Source of the DNA: an uncultured Gemmatimonadales bacterium
GTDB taxonomy: Bacteria > Gemmatimonadota > Gemmatimonadetes > Gemmatimonadales > GWC2-71-9
Direction: 5' to 3'
Length of the DNA: 64,000 nt
Assembly: GCA_963795085.1 (NCBI GenBank)
Contig: CAWCFX010000004.1
Span: 320,001-384,000, forward strand
The position numbers and the translations under genes were made by a program. The notes under the pieces are model-generated. The model worked only from the letters and a program-made list of their open reading frames with translations. It made no database searches and was not told where the DNA came from. The number at the start of each line of letters is the position of its first letter. Positions within the stretch are counted from its first letter, which is position 1. Below are positions 60,646-64,000 of this stretch, piece after piece.

Positions 60646-61083
60646 AGGGGAACGAAGAAGTCGTCCCAGATGGGAATGGCCATTCGGGGAAGACTTCGTG
60701 ATGAACGTGGAGGCTGGTAGTGCTTCATCACGAAGGCACGAAAAGCCGGGAAGGCTGGATGGCGCTGCATGACTGCCCTGCCTGTTCACCAGAGCTCGAG
60801 GCATCATGGAAGAGACGACAAGCTCTTCTTCTTGTTCTTTCTAGATTCGTGACCAGGCAGAGCCCGCGTCCGGTCCAGGTTTCGGACCGGAAGGATGGAG
60901 CCAGGGGCCAGAGCCGGGGATCCCGGGGCTGGGACGGCTAGTCTCGAAAACAGGAAAACTGAAAAGACAACTACCGGCCTGAGAAGGATTTCCCAACATA
61001 TTTTCTTGGGTTCGTTCGTGTTTCATGACACCTCAGGGCCCGCGTCCAGTACCCTTTTGTGGGTCGCACAACGGTAGACTGAT

Positions 61084-62055
61084 ATGGGTGCCATCCATCG
61101 ACCTCTTCACCTGGGGCTTCTTCTTCTAGCCATTGCCTGCGGTGGGGGCGATGGGGGCGGCGGTCCCGCTCCCGCCGGGCCGATCCTGGCCAAGTCACCC
61201 ACCTTCAGCGGCGACGGCCAGAGCGGGCCGGTGGCCCAGCCGCTCGCGGATTCCTTCCGCGTGGTGGTAACGACGGGACCCGACCCAGCGGCAGGGGTCT
61301 CCGTAAGCTGGGCGGCCTTCAGCAGCGGTGCCGTGATTTCTCCATCCGCCGCCGTCACCGATGCCCAAGGGCGGGCGGCCGCGAGCATGACGCTCGGTCC
61401 CCGGTCCGGGCCGCAGTCAGCCAGAGCCGCGATAAACGGCAGTTCGGTCACGTTCAGTGTCACCGCCAACCCTGGCTTCCCCACCCAATTGATCGTCCTG
61501 TCCGGCCAGGACCAGGCTGCCCTTACCAGCACGCCCCTGGCCGCCCCTCTCCGCGTCCAGGTGTCGGACCAGTTCGGCAACGTGATCCCAGGCACTCCCG
61601 TAACCTGGTCGGTTGCCAGTGGCAGCGCGTCGGTTTCCCCGGGAACTTCCATCACCGCCGGCGATGGCGTGGCCACCGCGACCGTGCTGGCGGGCAGCGT
61701 GGCAGGGACGATTGCCATCCGGGCCGTTAGCGCAGAGGACACGGCCCAGTTCACCGCGTTCGGGGTGAACCTTGTCAGGGATATCCTGGTGCGGAACAAT
61801 TTCTTCGAGAGCGTACGGAACGGCACCCAGGCCCCGGCCATTGACACGATTCCGGCAGGAGAAGCAGTCCGCTGGATCTGGCAAAGCGCCGCCGTTGATC
61901 ACAACGTGTTGAGTCAGGGGACCGAGAGATTCCCGGGATCACCCATCCGGCAGTCGCCCTTTTCGTTCGGGCCGATCGGGATTTCCACACCCGGGACCTA
62001 TCACTACGAATGCAGTCTGCACACCGGGATGAGCGGGGTGATCGTGGTGCAGTGA
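61084..62055 (+). CDS. Lipoprotein: two Ig-like domains + C-terminal cupredoxin (paralogue of 58884..59873)
   Basis: Lipobox AIAC; SGDGQ, SGQDQ, DQFGN; DHNV...YECSLHTGMSGVIVVQ. Confidence 0.85.
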   Translation: MGAIHRPLHLGLLLLAIACGGGDGGGGPAPAGPILAKSPTFSGDGQSGPVAQPLADSFRVVVTTGPDPAAGVSVSWAAFSSGAVISPSAAVTDAQGRAAASMTLGPRSGPQSARAAINGSSVTFSVTANPGFPTQLIVLSGQDQAALTSTPLAAPLRVQVSDQFGNVIPGTPVTWSVASGSASVSPGTSITAGDGVATATVLAGSVAGTIAIRAVSAEDTAQFTAFGVNLVRDILVRNNFFESVRNGTQAPAIDTIPAGEAVRWIWQSAAVDHNVLSQGTERFPGSPIRQSPFSFGPIGISTPGTYHYECSLHTGMSGVIVVQ

Positions 62056-62148
62056 CACGGCAGATTCCAAATTTTGTGAGTGCAGTCCGGGCAGACACGC
62101 TCCCCTCCGAGATCGGCAGTTTGCGCGTCCGTGGACGCCGAGTCCGTA

Positions 62149-62188
62149 TGTAAAGCAGATTTGAACATCAGGTAAAGCAAGCTTTACA
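62149..62188. promoter_or_regulatory. Tandem operator-like palindromes
   Basis: Perfect GTAAAGC-AA-GCTTTAC (62172-62187), preceded by an imperfect copy TGTAAAGCAGATTTGAACA. Confidence 0.65.
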
Positions 62189-62218
62189 TTGCCGGTACCC
62201 CTGACCGGCGCGGATCTC

Positions 62219-62605
62219 ATGGCACAACCCACCCAATCGGCGGTCCCCCTCTTCGGACTCTATCTCCTGGGTGTTGGTGCGGCAGGTGTTGGCAACCTGG
62301 TTTCGCGGCTGGGCGAGCGCGGCGGATGGCTCCCCGGGTGGGGCCGTATCACGGTCGGCATCCTCGCGATCATCCCGCGGGTGGTGGTGGCCATCCTCTT
62401 CTGGCGGATGCTCCGGTCGGAACTGGACGAGATGCTGCAGCGGATCGTGCTCGAGGGCATGGCGTTCGCCCTGGTCCTCTACATTCCGCTGGCTGCGCTT
62501 TATGTCAATCTTCGCACGGCGGGGGCGTGGACGCCGCGGCTGGATCCTCCGGACATCATGATGATCCCCGCTAGCCCGGTCGCGATCGGAGTTGTTTTCG
62601 CGTAG
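62219..62605 (+). CDS. Small membrane protein, possibly with a premature stop near the C-terminus
   Basis: TM helices, DEMLQRI.LE motif; after TAG the frame continues RRYQ-TGA and overlaps the next GTG. Confidence 0.7.
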   Translation: MAQPTQSAVPLFGLYLLGVGAAGVGNLVSRLGERGGWLPGWGRITVGILAIIPRVVVAILFWRMLRSELDEMLQRIVLEGMAFALVLYIPLAALYVNLRTAGAWTPRLDPPDIMMIPASPVAIGVVFA

Positions 62606-62616
62606 CGCCGCTACCA

Positions 62617-62817
62617 GTGAAGAACCGCCTCCCGGTGCTCCGGGCCGAGCGGGGATGGTCGCAGGCGGAGCTGGCCGAACGCCTCGGCGTTTCCCGGCAG
62701 ACGGTCAACGCCCTCGAGCGGGGCAAGTACGATCCCAGTCTTCCGCTCGCCTTCAGGGTGTTCAGGCTGTTCGGAAAGCAGATCGAGGAGGTGTTTGACC
62801 CGGAGGACGAGCGCTGA
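62617..62817 (+). CDS. XRE/Cro-CI family HTH regulator
   Basis: NRLPVLRAERGWSQAELAERLGVSRQTVNALERGKYDPSLPLAF. Confidence 0.93.
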   Translation: MKNRLPVLRAERGWSQAELAERLGVSRQTVNALERGKYDPSLPLAFRVFRLFGKQIEEVFDPEDER

Positions 62818-62851
62818 GCAGACGACGGGAGACCGATGAATCGGCGAATCG

Positions 62852-64000
62852 CTAATCGCTGACCGCGAAATCTGTGTAGTCCTTCGTTCGGGCCGCTCTA
62901 TCTTCCTCGCTCCACCCCAGTTCGGCTCCCATCAATTCCGCCACTGTCCCTGCCGCGGCCAGGCCCCGGTCCCGGGTCTCGTAAAACAGGTGGAGCCGCC
63001 GCACCAGCATGTCTGCCACGGTCTGCGCCATTTCCCGCCGGACGCTGTGGACCACTTCGCCCCGGATGGCGACGTGGTCGGGATGGATCGGCTCGAGCAG
63101 GGAGCGGTCCTCCCGGCCGAGATTGAAGATGGCGGCGGACTCGGTACCGAAGTGGGCCACGATGTGATCCACCGTCTCCACGCCCAGGCCGATCTCCTGT
63201 CCGGCGCGGCGGAACTCGGCCATGTCGCCCGCTTCGCCGCCGGGCAGCGCCTCCCGGTCCGTGGGCGCCCCGGGGTAGGCCGGCCTCCCGAAGGACTTCC
63301 GGAGCTCCCGCGCGACCGCATCTACCAGTTCTGCCGCCATGCTGCGATAGGTGGTGAGCTTGCCCCCGGCGATCGTCCACATCCCGCTGGGCCCCTGGAG
63401 GATCCGGTGCTCCCGGGACACCCGGCTCGCCGCCGTACCCTCGTCCTCGGCCAGCAGGGGGCGAAGGCCGGCCCAGCTTCCCACTATGTCCTCTTCGGTC
63501 AGCCGGGCATTGGGGAAGTAGGAGTTCGCGGTGCGCAGGAGGTAGAGGATGTCCTCGCCGTCAACGGCGATGGACTCGGGCGGCACCGAGGTGTCGGTGT
63601 CGGTGGTGCCGATGATGGACAGGTCGCCCCAGGGCAGGATGAACATCACCCGGTCGTCGATCGGGCTGGTAATGGTCAGGGCTTCGTGGTGGCCCAGCCG
63701 GATCCGGGGGACCAGGACGTGGGCGCCCTTGGTGGGGCGCAGCAGGGGCAGGGCGTGGGGGAACTCCATCCGCCGGATCCGGTCACACCACGGGCCGGTC
63801 GCGTTGACCACCGTGGTGGCCTGGATGAGCCCGGTGTTCCCGCTGAGGCCGTCCACGACCCGGGCGCCACGGACCCGGCCATCTACCACCTCCAGTTGCT
63901 CGACCCGCATATAATTCGCCACCAGGGCCCCATGGGCGATGGCCGAACGGGCGGTGGCCAGGACCAGTCTGGCGTCATCGCACTGGGCATCGTAATATCT
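62852..64000 (-). CDS. glpD: FAD-dependent glycerol-3-phosphate dehydrogenase (5' end beyond the window)
   Basis: YYDAQCDDARLV at the window edge, VVNATGPW.D, KGAH, GTTDT, WAGLRPL, SREH, GGKLTTYR.MA. Confidence 0.92.
   Translation of the reverse strand, partial: RYYDAQCDDARLVLATARSAIAHGALVANYMRVEQLEVVDGRVRGARVVDGLSGNTGLIQATTVVNATGPWCDRIRRMEFPHALPLLRPTKGAHVLVPRIRLGHHEALTITSPIDDRVMFILPWGDLSIIGTTDTDTSVPPESIAVDGEDILYLLRTANSYFPNARLTEEDIVGSWAGLRPLLAEDEGTAASRVSREHRILQGPSGMWTIAGGKLTTYRSMAAELVDAVARELRKSFGRPAYPGAPTDREALPGGEAGDMAEFRRAGQEIGLGVETVDHIVAHFGTESAAIFNLGREDRSLLEPIHPDHVAIRGEVVHSVRREMAQTVADMLVRRLHLFYETRDRGLAAAGTVAELMGAELGWSEEDRAARTKDYTDFAVSD

Overview
High-GC bacterial chromosome segment. It appears to be core genome: no integrase, transposase, phage or CRISPR is visible. 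The gene content (SusC/SusD pair, MqnD, fused Kgd-type 2-oxoglutarate dehydrogenase, many lipoproteins with Ig-like domains) suggests a diderm such as Gemmatimonadota; this is inference only. Recognisable genes: a cold-shock protein, a YhaM-like nuclease, lemA-htpX, mqnD, glnA, susC/susD, tRNA-Cys, gluQ, a GltP-type symporter, tal-tkt, a CarH-like B12 regulator, kgd and a partial glpD. Most interesting signals: (1) A probable peptide-signalling cassette at ~14.8-17.3 kb. A 431-aa TPR-like protein converges on an unannotated 47-aa lipoprotein-type peptide (two Cys enclosing TETQGSGGRS). The peptide promoter carries direct repeats 21 bp apart, next to a divergent AraC regulator, an arrangement reminiscent of RRNPP/Rap-Phr. 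(2) A ~420-nt, highly base-paired transcription unit at 11487-11907 (-) with its own promoter and terminator, no convincing ORF, and no match to any housekeeping RNA I recognise. (3) Two secreted-protein genes whose signal peptides can only be read from near-cognate start codons (ATC/ATA, CTG). (4) A translationally coupled receiver / giant HEAT-repeat / GT2 / kinase-less HisKA operon next to an HD-GYP protein. All calls come from reading the sequence; no searches were run.
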